From the NCBI GenBank assembly GCA_903915465.1, contig CAIWTA010000082.1, positions 4,183 to 68,182 of the forward strand: a stretch of 64,000 nucleotides of DNA. The letters are read 5' to 3'. The notes under the pieces are model-generated. The model saw only the letters and a list, made by a program, of their open reading frames with translations, made no database searches and had not been told where the DNA came from. Positions within the stretch are counted from its first letter, which is position 1. The number at the start of each line of letters is the position of its first letter. This document shows positions 35,998-45,397 of this stretch, piece after piece. The translations under genes and the position numbers were made by a program. The stretch comes from an uncultured Bacteroidales bacterium (lineage in GTDB: Bacteria > Bacteroidota > Bacteroidia > Bacteroidales > FEN-979).

Positions 35998-36828
35998 CTA
36001 CAGGTCTTTCCTGTTCATTACAACGAAGACAATTCCAATAAGGACAACAGAATATAACATTGGTATGCTGCAATCCATGAGGGAACCAGTTTCCTGAACA
36101 TGCAGTCCCATAATGGTTTTTAGGATAGGAATATAAGGATACTCAACCAAGTTAAGCGCAGCGTTCACTGGTAAATAATGTGATATTCCGCCCAAATGCA
36201 GACTTGGAATTTTGGAAACCATCGAAAAAATTGGTTCAATGATTAACACGTAAAGCGTAAAAAGTGCTATAGCAAGGCCTGTATTCCTGAAGATAAAACC
36301 GAAAAAGAAAGCAATGATAAGAAAAGAGAATAATAAGACAAAAAAAACGGAAATGAAGCTGGATTTAGTCACAATCTGCGAAAAACTCGTGACTTCTGAA
36401 TGGGTAATACCCAGAATGAAGATTCCCAATTTCAGAATTACAGTTATGCATAATGAAAGCAGGAGAATGAACAGAAGTTTGGAAAGAAGGAATTCTTTTT
36501 TACTCATTCCGGTTATTACATTTTGACGGATTGTTTTATATGTAAATTCATTCGTGATTAAAATGATGATGATAATAGCGGGGAATATCAATATATACCG
36601 GATGCTGGCGAAGAATGTAAGATTTTGCCAGATGTTTGGGAAGAAATATATATTTACGTGTGGCAGCGGAATCGGAAGATGCTTGTTCATGTCGGTAACC
36701 CAGCTGTTGACAATCAGTTCCGCAAGGATTATGCCCGATGCTAAAAAGAGAAAATACAAACCAATAATGATCCAGAAGGTTTTGTAGGTTAGAATCTTTC
36801 GTAATTCCAGGCGAAGTAGCTTTATCAT
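35998..36828 (-). CDS. ABC-2-type transporter permease
   Basis: It has about six predicted TM segments and overlaps the upstream ATPase gene by 4 nt. Confidence 0.7.
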   Translation of the reverse strand: MIKLLRLELRKILTYKTFWIIIGLYFLFLASGIILAELIVNSWVTDMNKHLPIPLPHVNIYFFPNIWQNLTFFASIRYILIFPAIIIIILITNEFTYKTIRQNVITGMSKKEFLLSKLLFILLLSLCITVILKLGIFILGITHSEVTSFSQIVTKSSFISVFFVLLFSFLIIAFFFGFIFRNTGLAIALFTLYVLIIEPIFSMVSKIPSLHLGGISHYLPVNAALNLVEYPYIPILKTIMGLHVQETGSLMDCSIPMLYSVVLIGIVFVVMNRKDL

Positions 36829-37721
36829 TGGTTTTTGTGTAAAAGTTCAAGAAAATGTTGTTCAAGTGTTCTTTTTCTTTCTGCTAGATGGTTTAAGACA
36901 ATTCCTTTCTGGTAGAAGAAACCGTTAAGTTCAGAAGCATCGATCTTTCCATTGAATGTGACAATGAATTTTTCTGGTGCTGCAACCAGGCTAAGGAATT
37001 GCGGATGTTCTTTAAGAAGTTTACCAAGTTTGTTCATTTCCGCGCAACCCAGTTCAAAAGAATCGGAAATGGATAAAACTTCACCGACGTTGCCATCGAA
37101 CAATTTATTGCCTTTATCCAAAACCGCCACGTGTGTACATATTTTCTGCACTTCGTCGAGAAGATGACTTGCAAGAATGATCGTTACTCCTTCCTTCGCA
37201 ATCATCAGGATCAACTCACGGATCTGTGCGATGCCTTGAGGATCCAGACCGTTGGTTGGTTCATCCAAAATCAGTACTTCGGGATTCCCCAGAAGCGATG
37301 CGGCAATTGCAAGCCGTTGTTTCATTCCAAAAGAAAATGTCCGGAACTTATCATTCCTGCGGTGGAACAAATCTACCAGCTTGAGTACCCTTTCTAGATC
37401 TGAAGGGGATTTGTCTTTGATATCAGCAATGATCCTGAGGTTTTGACGTGCTGTCAGGTAGGGATAGAAGTTAGGACTTTCAATTACAGATCCGATTCTC
37501 TTTCTGCTTTCATTCGATGGATTCCTGCCGAACCAACTGAATGACCCGCTTTCAGAACGTATGAGCCCAAGAATGATACTGAGGGTAGTAGTTTTCCCAC
37601 TTCCGTTTGGACCAAGCAAACCAAAAACCTGCCCTTTATGAACTTCTGTTGACAGCTGATTAACCGCGTGAATCCTGCCGTAGCGTTTCGAAATTTCCTG
37701 AATGGATAGAACTGTTTCCAA
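36825..37721 (-). CDS. ABC transporter ATP-binding protein
   Basis: Walker A GPNGSGKTT, signature FSFGMKQRL, Walker B LILDEPTNGLD. Confidence 0.9.
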   Translation of the reverse strand: METVLSIQEISKRYGRIHAVNQLSTEVHKGQVFGLLGPNGSGKTTTLSIILGLIRSESGSFSWFGRNPSNESRKRIGSVIESPNFYPYLTARQNLRIIADIKDKSPSDLERVLKLVDLFHRRNDKFRTFSFGMKQRLAIAASLLGNPEVLILDEPTNGLDPQGIAQIRELILMIAKEGVTIILASHLLDEVQKICTHVAVLDKGNKLFDGNVGEVLSISDSFELGCAEMNKLGKLLKEHPQFLSLVAAPEKFIVTFNGKIDASELNGFFYQKGIVLNHLAERKRTLEQHFLELLHKNQ

Positions 37722-37799
37722 ATTTTCCAGTGCTGATTTGTTAGAATATGTAAAGCTGAGACGAAAGGTTTAAAATATTGTTACAAAAGATCCTTGAAA

Positions 37800-38507
37800 T
37801 CAGTGAAAAAGTAAAAAAACCGTCGGTTTTTTATCAATAGCAGGTTGTTTTCCTCTCCAGTTCCCGACTGTATTAACAACAATTGATTCTGCAATTGTTG
37901 TAAGCTCTGTAGCCAAGCAAAGGAGCGTGCCTTCATGGCAGTTTTCAATAATTGCCTGGAAAACCTGAATATTCCTGTAAGGTGTTTCAATGAATATCTG
38001 TGTTTGATCGAGAGAATAGATGTTCCGTTCAAGCTCCTTTAACCGTTTTGCCCGGGTACTTTTATCAATCGGAAGATAACCAATAAAAGAAAAGTTTTGT
38101 CCGTTGAATCCTGAAGCCATCAATGCAAGCATGAGAGAGGATGGTCCGACCAATGGGCAAATCTGGATATTTGCTTCATGGGCAATTCGCAAAATTCCAG
38201 AGCCGGGGTCAGCCACACAAGGAAGACCGGCTTCGGAGAGTAACCCTGCGTCATTCCCATTTACTAATGGTTCAAGAAATGAGGATAAGTTCTCCTGCAG
38301 AGTATGCTCATTGAAAATGAGAAATTGAAGCTCATCAATAGCCAGGGCAGGAGATGTTTTTTTCAGGAACCTGCGGGCAGTCCGTACTTCTTCAACAATG
38401 AAATACTTTAGTCTGCGAATAATTTCAATATTATATTCCGGTATAACATTCTTAACCGGACTTTCTCCGAGCGGTGCAGGGATCAAATACAGTATTCCTT
38501 TTTTCAT
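37800..38507 (-). CDS. tetrapyrrole-methylase-fold SAM-dependent methyltransferase (RsmI-like)
   Basis: N-terminal YLIPAPLGE and SEAGLPCVADPG blocks, typical of RsmI-type methylases. Confidence 0.7.
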   Translation of the reverse strand: MKKGILYLIPAPLGESPVKNVIPEYNIEIIRRLKYFIVEEVRTARRFLKKTSPALAIDELQFLIFNEHTLQENLSSFLEPLVNGNDAGLLSEAGLPCVADPGSGILRIAHEANIQICPLVGPSSLMLALMASGFNGQNFSFIGYLPIDKSTRAKRLKELERNIYSLDQTQIFIETPYRNIQVFQAIIENCHEGTLLCLATELTTIAESIVVNTVGNWRGKQPAIDKKPTVFLLFH

Positions 38508-38524
38508 TCCTGATCCTTAATACA

Positions 38525-39481
38525 TCACAGTTTCAGCCATGGCAGATTATCCAGGTCTACATTTCCTCCCGATAAAATAATTCCGATTTTCTCGTAACCA
38601 GGTAAAATTTTCTTCTCGAGGATTGCTGCTAGAGGTACAGCAGATGAGGGTTCTACAAGAATCTTCATCCTTTCCCACAGGATTCGCATAGCAGTTTTCA
38701 AGGAAGCTTCACTGACTGTGATAATTTCTTTCACGTGATCCAGAATAATGGGAAAAGTGATTGTACCAAGAGAGGTTCTTAATCCATCTGCAATTGTATC
38801 CGGATTAACTGATGGAATGATCTTTTTCTGGGTAAATGAAAGATAGGCATCATTCGCTTGCTCAGGTTCCACACCAATTACGTCAGTTCCATGAAAAAAA
38901 TAATTCGCTGACAAAGCCGTTCCACTCAATAATCCGCCACCGCCAACAGGTGAAAGAACAAGATCGAGGCCAGCCGTGTCTTGCATTAATTCAAGTGCAG
39001 CCGTTGCTTGTCCTGCAATTATTCTGGTATCGTTATACGGATGGATTTCAATAGCGCCAGTCTGTTCCATGACCTTAAAGAGAGTTTCTTCACGCGCTGT
39101 CAAAGTGGGCTCACAAAAAGTGATAATTCCTCCATAAGAACGAACCGCTTCAACCTTAACCCTCGAAGAATTACTGGGCATAACGATAAATGCAGGAATA
39201 TTTTTCAGCGATGCTGCCCATGAAAGCGCTTGAGCATGGTTTCCCGAAGAGTGGGTTGCAACTCCTTTGGACAATTCATTATCATTTATTGAGAAAATTG
39301 TATTGGTAGCACCCCTGGCTTTAAATGCACCGACTTTTTGAAAATTTTCGCATTTAAAAAACAGTTGCTTTTCCATCAAATGATTTATGGAACGAGATGT
39401 AAGAATTGGGGTACGATGAACAAACGGCCGGATCCGGTCTGCAGCATGTAATATATCCTCAGCTGTCACAAAAGGTTGCAT
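38525..39481 (-). CDS. PLP-dependent threonine/serine dehydratase family enzyme
   Basis: PLP-lysine block FKCENFQKVGAFKARGA, SSGNHAQA, and the glycine loop GGGGLLSG. Confidence 0.8.
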   Translation of the reverse strand: MQPFVTAEDILHAADRIRPFVHRTPILTSRSINHLMEKQLFFKCENFQKVGAFKARGATNTIFSINDNELSKGVATHSSGNHAQALSWAASLKNIPAFIVMPSNSSRVKVEAVRSYGGIITFCEPTLTAREETLFKVMEQTGAIEIHPYNDTRIIAGQATAALELMQDTAGLDLVLSPVGGGGLLSGTALSANYFFHGTDVIGVEPEQANDAYLSFTQKKIIPSVNPDTIADGLRTSLGTITFPIILDHVKEIITVSEASLKTAMRILWERMKILVEPSSAVPLAAILEKKILPGYEKIGIILSGGNVDLDNLPWLKL

Positions 39482-39518
39482 GGGAATGTCAGATTTTGAT
39501 GTTAAAACATCAGGAATG

Positions 39519-39980
39519 TTATTTTAAGGCAATTTTTTCTGAAAGAATTCCACAGGCTTTATCCAATTTTTTAAACACTTCCTCAAACCCATTAATATCT
39601 CCGTACCAAGGATCTTCGACATTATAGTTTTGTCCGGGATGTACTAAATTCATCACATAATCCACCTTTTCCATATCGGCTTTATTTCTTGCAAATTGCT
39701 TGATTCTGTTATAGTGGGAATCGTCCATAATATAGATCAGGTCGAAATTCTGAAAATCAAGGGTATTGAAAAGCCTGGCAGTATGAGTAGTAATGTCGAT
39801 ATCATATTTTTTACCTGTAGCAATCGCTCTGCTATCAGGATGATCTCCTGCGTGAAATGCTTCAAATCCGGCAGAATCAACTTCTGCAGCCACATGAAGT
39901 AATTGAAGTTTTTTTCTGAGGATGCCTTCGGCGAGAGGAGACCTGCAAATATTGCCGGTGCAGACAAATAGTATTTTCAC
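39519..39980 (-). CDS. low-molecular-weight protein-tyrosine phosphatase
   Basis: Active-site loop ILFVCTGNICRSPLAEG and a DP motif near the C-terminus. Confidence 0.9.
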   Translation of the reverse strand: MKILFVCTGNICRSPLAEGILRKKLQLLHVAAEVDSAGFEAFHAGDHPDSRAIATGKKYDIDITTHTARLFNTLDFQNFDLIYIMDDSHYNRIKQFARNKADMEKVDYVMNLVHPGQNYNVEDPWYGDINGFEEVFKKLDKACGILSEKIALK

Positions 39981-41413
39981 AACTTGATCTTCTTGTCCAG
40001 ATCTTCCACAAAGATGCGGAAATGTTTATCAGTCTCTATAAGGTTGTTGACTGTACGACAGGCGTGCAGCACAGTAGCATGGTCTTTGTTGCCGCAATGC
40101 AGGCCAATGCTGGCTAATGAAGCTTTTGTGTGTTTTTTGGAGAAATACATTGATAGTTGTCTTGCCTGGACAATCTCCCTTTTCCGCGTTTTGGTGTAAA
40201 TCATCTCAATAGGAATATTGAAATAATCGCAAACCACTTTCTGTATATAATCGATTGAGATTTCACGTGAAGTATTCTTCACAAATTTATCGATCATCTG
40301 CTTGGCCAGTTCAAGAGTGATCGTTTTCTTGTTCAGTGAGGACTGGGCAAGCAGGGAGATAAGCGCACCTTCCAGCTCACGCACATTGGTGTTGATACTG
40401 TACGCAAGATATTCTACAACTTCGGCAGGGATTTCAATGCCATCATTATATAATTTTTTATGCAGTATGGCAATTCTGGTTTCCAGGTCAGGTACCTGGA
40501 GGTCTGCTGACAGGCCCCATTTGAAACGGGAGAGTAACCGGGCTTCAATCCCTTTCATTTCAACCGGGGGCTTATCGGAAGTCAATACAATCTGATTGCT
40601 TTTCTGGTGAAGGTGATTGAAAATATGAAAAAAGACATCCTGGGTCTTTTCTTTTCCTGCAAGGTTATGAATGTCATCGATGATCAGCACATCAATCATC
40701 TGATAGAAATGAATAAAATCGTTCTGGTTATTATTCTTGACTGAATCGACGAACTGGTTGAAGAATTGATCAGTAGTAACATAAAGAACGGTCTTTTCAG
40801 GAAAATTGTTTTTCACTTGAAGACCAATGGCATGTGTGAGATGAGTTTTTCCAAGGCCTGTATGACTATACAGCAATAATGGGTTAAAGGATGTTTTACC
40901 TGGATTATTTGCTACAGCAAAGCCTGCTGATCTGGCCAATCTGTTGCAATCGCCTTCAACGAAGTTATCAAAAGAATAACTCTCGATCAATTGGGAATTT
41001 ACTTTGATCTTCTTCAAACCCGGTATAATAAAGGGGTTCGGAATCTCTTTGGAATTTCCTCGGTTCAAATCAATCGGCATTGATACTGGGAGATTAGAGG
41101 TTGCTTTTCGCTCTCCAGTTGGGACATTGATCGCGTACGGTTCAGGATCGCTTTCTGAATTATCCATAATAATGCTGTATTCAAGTCGTCCATCATTTCC
41201 CAACTCCTTTTTAATTGTCTTTTTTAATAATGCAACATAGTGTTCTTCCAGCCATTCATAGAAAAACTGGCTGGGAACCTGAATAGTAAGGACGTTGTCC
41301 TTTACTTTTAAAGGTTTTATTGGAAGAAACCATGTTTTAAAAACCTGGTGATTGATATTATCCTTAATAACTTTTAAACAATTTTCCCAAACTTCCACGG
41401 CGTACTTTTCCAT
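39977..41413 (-). CDS. dnaA: chromosomal replication initiator DnaA
   Basis: AAA+ Walker A GLGKTHL, Walker B IDDIHNL, and domain IV (REIVQARQLSMYFSKKHT...IGLHCGNKDHATVLHACR). Confidence 0.95.
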   Translation of the reverse strand: MEKYAVEVWENCLKVIKDNINHQVFKTWFLPIKPLKVKDNVLTIQVPSQFFYEWLEEHYVALLKKTIKKELGNDGRLEYSIIMDNSESDPEPYAINVPTGERKATSNLPVSMPIDLNRGNSKEIPNPFIIPGLKKIKVNSQLIESYSFDNFVEGDCNRLARSAGFAVANNPGKTSFNPLLLYSHTGLGKTHLTHAIGLQVKNNFPEKTVLYVTTDQFFNQFVDSVKNNNQNDFIHFYQMIDVLIIDDIHNLAGKEKTQDVFFHIFNHLHQKSNQIVLTSDKPPVEMKGIEARLLSRFKWGLSADLQVPDLETRIAILHKKLYNDGIEIPAEVVEYLAYSINTNVRELEGALISLLAQSSLNKKTITLELAKQMIDKFVKNTSREISIDYIQKVVCDYFNIPIEMIYTKTRKREIVQARQLSMYFSKKHTKASLASIGLHCGNKDHATVLHACRTVNNLIETDKHFRIFVEDLDKKIKL

Positions 41414-41804
41414 TAATTAACCACCTGCAATAAAAAAGATAAAGCTGTTTTGTAGTATCTGTATTCAAGCCAAGGGTTAAAGTTGCGAAGCCAAATTCAG
41501 AAGGAGATTAGTTAGCAAAAAACAATTAACAAATGTGATGAAAAAAAGGATACAAAAATAAAATATTCCGCTTGTTTTAAAAAAATATTCTGTTACAAGA
41601 TTCTTGATTTACCTGCAAAACTAAGGGTTTTGGAAAGATTTTTGTAGACCTCATCAATTGGCTTAACTTTAGATCGTTATAATATGAAATACTTTTTGTT
41701 TATAAATCATCTAAATAGGCTTAAGGTTAAATTACAAATACTTACAATTAAATATATATAACAAATGTATAAAAACAGTCTAAATATAAATTTCACAAAA
41801 AAGG

Positions 41805-42431
41805 TTACCCCCCCCGGTAAATGGACAAAAACTTTATCGATATCGGACGAACCTTGTTCAATTTTTCCTGAACGACTAACCCCGATGACCTGCGAATGTA
41901 AAATCGGATCGTACAAGTCGTATCTGTAAAATCCTGATGAAGGATAGATGCAGATTCTTCTCTGAGTGTTTTCATTATGTAATTAATGACCGGATATTCA
42001 AAGGAAACCAAGTATTCCTCATTGATCGTCTTTGTAAGGATCTTAATGTTGTCAAGAGCATCTTTTGCAGAAGAACGGTAAGCATTGATGAGTCCGGGGA
42101 TTCCAAGTTTGATTCCTCCAAAGTATCGCACTACAACAATTAAAACATTTGTTAAATCTTTCGATTGAATTTGTCCGAAAATCGGTTTCCCTGCTGTCCC
42201 AGAAGGTTCCCCATCGTCATTCACCCGGTAAACCGACCTGTCAGGTCCGAAGCAATAAGCAAAGCAATGATGCCTTGCATCATGGTATTCCTTACGCAGT
42301 GAACGAAGATTTTCTTTTACTTCTTCCTCCGAATACACCGGGTAAGCGCTGGATATAAATTTACTCCCTTTTTCTTTATAAATCCCCTGCGAAAACCCGG
42401 AAATTGTTCTATAAGTATCGTCAAACAACAT
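41805..42431 (-). CDS. yigZ: YigZ/IMPACT-family protein
   Basis: GSKFISSAYPV, ARHHCFAY and DDGEPSGTAGKPI blocks. Confidence 0.85.
   Translation of the reverse strand: MLFDDTYRTISGFSQGIYKEKGSKFISSAYPVYSEEEVKENLRSLRKEYHDARHHCFAYCFGPDRSVYRVNDDGEPSGTAGKPIFGQIQSKDLTNVLIVVVRYFGGIKLGIPGLINAYRSSAKDALDNIKILTKTINEEYLVSFEYPVINYIMKTLREESASILHQDFTDTTCTIRFYIRRSSGLVVQEKLNKVRPISIKFLSIYRGG
41808..41815. repeat. C8/G8 homopolymer tract in the last codons of yigZ
   Basis: The run ACCCCCCCCGG encodes ...YRGG* on the minus strand. It is the only long G/C homopolymer I saw in this AT-rich window. Confidence 0.9.
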
Positions 42432-42549
42432 ACAAAGGAATGTCTTCCGCTAAGGTATATAATTTTCCCAAAGATTAATCTTTTGATTTGTCTTATTATT
42501 GCTAAACTCAGAGATATCTTCTTTAAACAATAATTTATATCTTCGGTAA

Positions 42550-43422
42550 ATGAAGAACAAACCTGTTTCAGTCAAAGAAATTATTGAGGAATTCAGAGAT
42601 CAACTGATACATCAATATGGAGAAAAGGAAGTGATGCAGTTTCTGTACCTCCTTTTCGATTCCTGGAAAGGCTGGACAAAAGCACAGGTTCATCTGGAGA
42701 AATCACATGAATTAAAAGTAGAAGAAGTTGCACGATTTGATAGTGCCCTGGATAAACTTAAGAAAAACAATCCCATCCAATATATAATAGGAGAGACCTG
42801 TTTTCACGGGATTCGTCTGAAAGTTAATCCAGATGTTATGATCCCAAGACCTGAAACTGAAGAGCTTGTGGCTGCTGTGGCGCATGATATCAATCATAGA
42901 AAGTACAAGGATCTTTCTATACTTGACATTTGCACCGGGTCCGGATGTATTGCTATCAGTCTGAAGAAATTGTTTCCTTCTGCTGCGGTTGCTGCGGTTG
43001 ATGTTTCCTCAGGAGCATTGCAGATTGCCAGGAATAATGCACGCATCAACAATTGCCATATACAGTTTATATTGTCGGATATTCTTGATGAAGCAACCTG
43101 GAAGAATTTTCCAACCTGTCATATTATCATCGCCAATCCGCCGTATGTAACTGAAAGAGAAAAAGCCATGATGAAAAAAAATGTGCTGGATTATGAACCT
43201 TCAATTGCCTTATTTGTTCCTGATGACAACCCACTCCTATATTACCAGGCAATTACAGATTTATCAGTGGTTCACCTTCTAAGTCCTGGACAATTATATT
43301 TTGAAATCAATGAGCACTTTGCTGATGAAATCAAAAAACTCCTGTTGTCAAAAGGTTTTCAGGGGGTCGAGATACTGTCGGATATTCATCAGAAACTGCG
43401 ATTTGCTAAGGCAGAACTCTAA
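42550..43422 (+). CDS. prmC: release-factor glutamine N5-methyltransferase PrmC (HemK)
   Basis: SAM motif ILDICTGSGCIA and catalytic IIANPPY. Confidence 0.9.
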   Translation: MKNKPVSVKEIIEEFRDQLIHQYGEKEVMQFLYLLFDSWKGWTKAQVHLEKSHELKVEEVARFDSALDKLKKNNPIQYIIGETCFHGIRLKVNPDVMIPRPETEELVAAVAHDINHRKYKDLSILDICTGSGCIAISLKKLFPSAAVAAVDVSSGALQIARNNARINNCHIQFILSDILDEATWKNFPTCHIIIANPPYVTEREKAMMKKNVLDYEPSIALFVPDDNPLLYYQAITDLSVVHLLSPGQLYFEINEHFADEIKKLLLSKGFQGVEILSDIHQKLRFAKAEL

Positions 43423-44561
43423 CGAATCAATTCTTTCAGCACACCATCAGTAACCAGAATATCCTTAATTTCTTTATATGTGATGAAAAGATCAGCAGGG
43501 CCAAAGGAATGTGGTGCAATGTCATATTGGTTATAAAAAAAACCAATCCCTGTGAGGGTTACATAAAAATTTGAAGTGGGTTTGATTTCATTTACAAAGA
43601 AACCGGAATCTGTTAGTGTCTGATTGGCAGGCACATTAAATTTTTCCCTTGCCTTTTTGGTCAAAAGCGATGTAAGTTTTTCCTCATAGTTACCATAATA
43701 AAGTTCCTTCGCCGAAATAACCTTGCCTGTATTTAGGTTAACCACCGTATATCTTCTGGTTTGTAGCCCATGCGCTCCGCCGGTGAAAGCATATTGCTCC
43801 ACGTAAAAAGCCAGCACATGCGAGTTATTCTGAACAATATGCATATAATTCAGTAATTCCCAGTTAAAACTTTGGCCACTGGTCCTGTCATAAATATCAA
43901 TATTGTTGTTTATATAAGTATCAAAATAGACCTGTTTAATTGCATTCAGAATCTTTTCAGGGTCAGAAATCCTGATATCATTATTGGTATACTTCGATAT
44001 AATAAGCTTCTTCAATGAATCCGAAATAAACGAATTGGCTGATTCTCCGGGAAGTAACATAGAAAGCTGAATCCTGCCGGACGGAGATTTTGGCTTCTTG
44101 ACAAGTGCCACTGATCCTTTCTGGAAATAGGCATTCATTGGTATACTTCCGTCGGGATATTTCTCAGTCAATTCAAATGGCAGATTCATTCCATTTCCAC
44201 CAATTTCACAAGTTCCTTTAAGTGTCTGACTATTGATGAATTGACCTTTAAATGAAATACTTTTTTCCCAGGGATTCAAATTCATTACAAAACTGCCATC
44301 ATTAATGACTTTTCCGCAAACCGGTATGAGATTTCCAGCATTACCAGGCTTTCCCAAAATATCTGTTTTACCAGGGAAAAGGCATTCTCCGAAAATTGTG
44401 TCATTGTTCTTTATCAGTTCCAATTCCATAGGAAATTCCTTGTTGATAGCACCCGTAAGATGCATATAACATTTTTTTGGAATCAACGTCTGGGAATAAA
44501 GTCCGTGAAATGCTAATATGCTGAATACAAGCAGCATTACCTTAATCTTACATGTTTTCAT
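43419..44561 (-). CDS. DUF3298/DUF4163 (RsiV/PdaC-like) domain protein, secreted
   Basis: Signal peptide. Hallmark YAFTGGAHGLQTRRYTVVNLNTGKVIS. It ends with the typical FYNQYDIAPHSFGP block. Confidence 0.75.
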   Translation of the reverse strand: MKTCKIKVMLLVFSILAFHGLYSQTLIPKKCYMHLTGAINKEFPMELELIKNNDTIFGECLFPGKTDILGKPGNAGNLIPVCGKVINDGSFVMNLNPWEKSISFKGQFINSQTLKGTCEIGGNGMNLPFELTEKYPDGSIPMNAYFQKGSVALVKKPKSPSGRIQLSMLLPGESANSFISDSLKKLIISKYTNNDIRISDPEKILNAIKQVYFDTYINNNIDIYDRTSGQSFNWELLNYMHIVQNNSHVLAFYVEQYAFTGGAHGLQTRRYTVVNLNTGKVISAKELYYGNYEEKLTSLLTKKAREKFNVPANQTLTDSGFFVNEIKPTSNFYVTLTGIGFFYNQYDIAPHSFGPADLFITYKEIKDILVTDGVLKELIR

Positions 44562-44602
44562 TTTCCGGATATTTAAAATTAATAAAATTGCTCAGGGAAA
44601 CC

Positions 44603-45274
44603 CTATTCTCCTTTTCTTTCACCGAAGATTGCCGTTCCAATTCTTACAAGTGTACTACCTTCTTCCATTGCAATGTGAAAATCCTCAGACATTCCCATAG
44701 AAATCTCTGCGAAATTCTGGTCTGCAGGAAAATATTCCTTTTTGAGAAGCTGGAAAGAATGATAAAGTGACTGAAATTCATTTCTAACACGTGTGGTATC
44801 ATTAGTGAAAGTTGCCATTCCCATAAGCCCGGTTATGCGGATAGCGTGCATCGACCGATAATCCTTAGATTCAAGAATAGCTTGGGCTTCAGGAAAATCA
44901 AGTCCGAATTTCGTTTCTTCCGAGGCAATGAAAAGTTCCAGCAAGCAGTCCACTACACGATTGATCTTCGCCGCTTCCTTGTTCACCTCAATTAACAGCT
45001 TCAGGCTGTCAATACTTTGGATTAACCCTATAAATGGAATAATATAGCGTACTTTGTTCGTTTGCAGGTGCCCGATAAAATGCCATTCTATGTCTGTTGG
45101 TAAAACTGCCTGCTTACGCATTAATTCCTGTACCTTGTTTTCACCAAATCTTCGCTGACCATGCCGATAAGCCTCAAGAATGCCAACCTCAGGCTGGTTC
45201 TTTGAAACGGCCACAAGTTTGACGGAAGGAGGGAGATGTAAAAACAGATCGGCAAGATTTTTTTGGATACCCAT
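44603..45274 (-). CDS. yggS: YggS-family PLP homeostasis protein
   Basis: LVAVSKNQP (PLP lysine), HFIGHLQTNK, EISMGMSEDF. Confidence 0.9.
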   Translation of the reverse strand: MGIQKNLADLFLHLPPSVKLVAVSKNQPEVGILEAYRHGQRRFGENKVQELMRKQAVLPTDIEWHFIGHLQTNKVRYIIPFIGLIQSIDSLKLLIEVNKEAAKINRVVDCLLELFIASEETKFGLDFPEAQAILESKDYRSMHAIRITGLMGMATFTNDTTRVRNEFQSLYHSFQLLKKEYFPADQNFAEISMGMSEDFHIAMEEGSTLVRIGTAIFGERKGE

Positions 45275-45378
45275 TTGCGCAAAGGATGGAAAGGTTCTGG
45301 CAAAAATACGAATTAGATATTCATTCGATGCGGAATTAGGAATAAAAACAGTGGTCGCATTTCAATCGGAAAAACTTG

Positions 45379-45386
45379 TAATTTTG
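45379..45386 (+). promoter_or_regulatory. TAnnTTTG -7 box for the LtaS-like gene
   Basis: TAATTTTG lies 12 nt upstream of the ATG at 45398, which implies a near-leaderless mRNA. Confidence 0.4.
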
Positions 45387-45397
45387 AGCTTTTCAAA

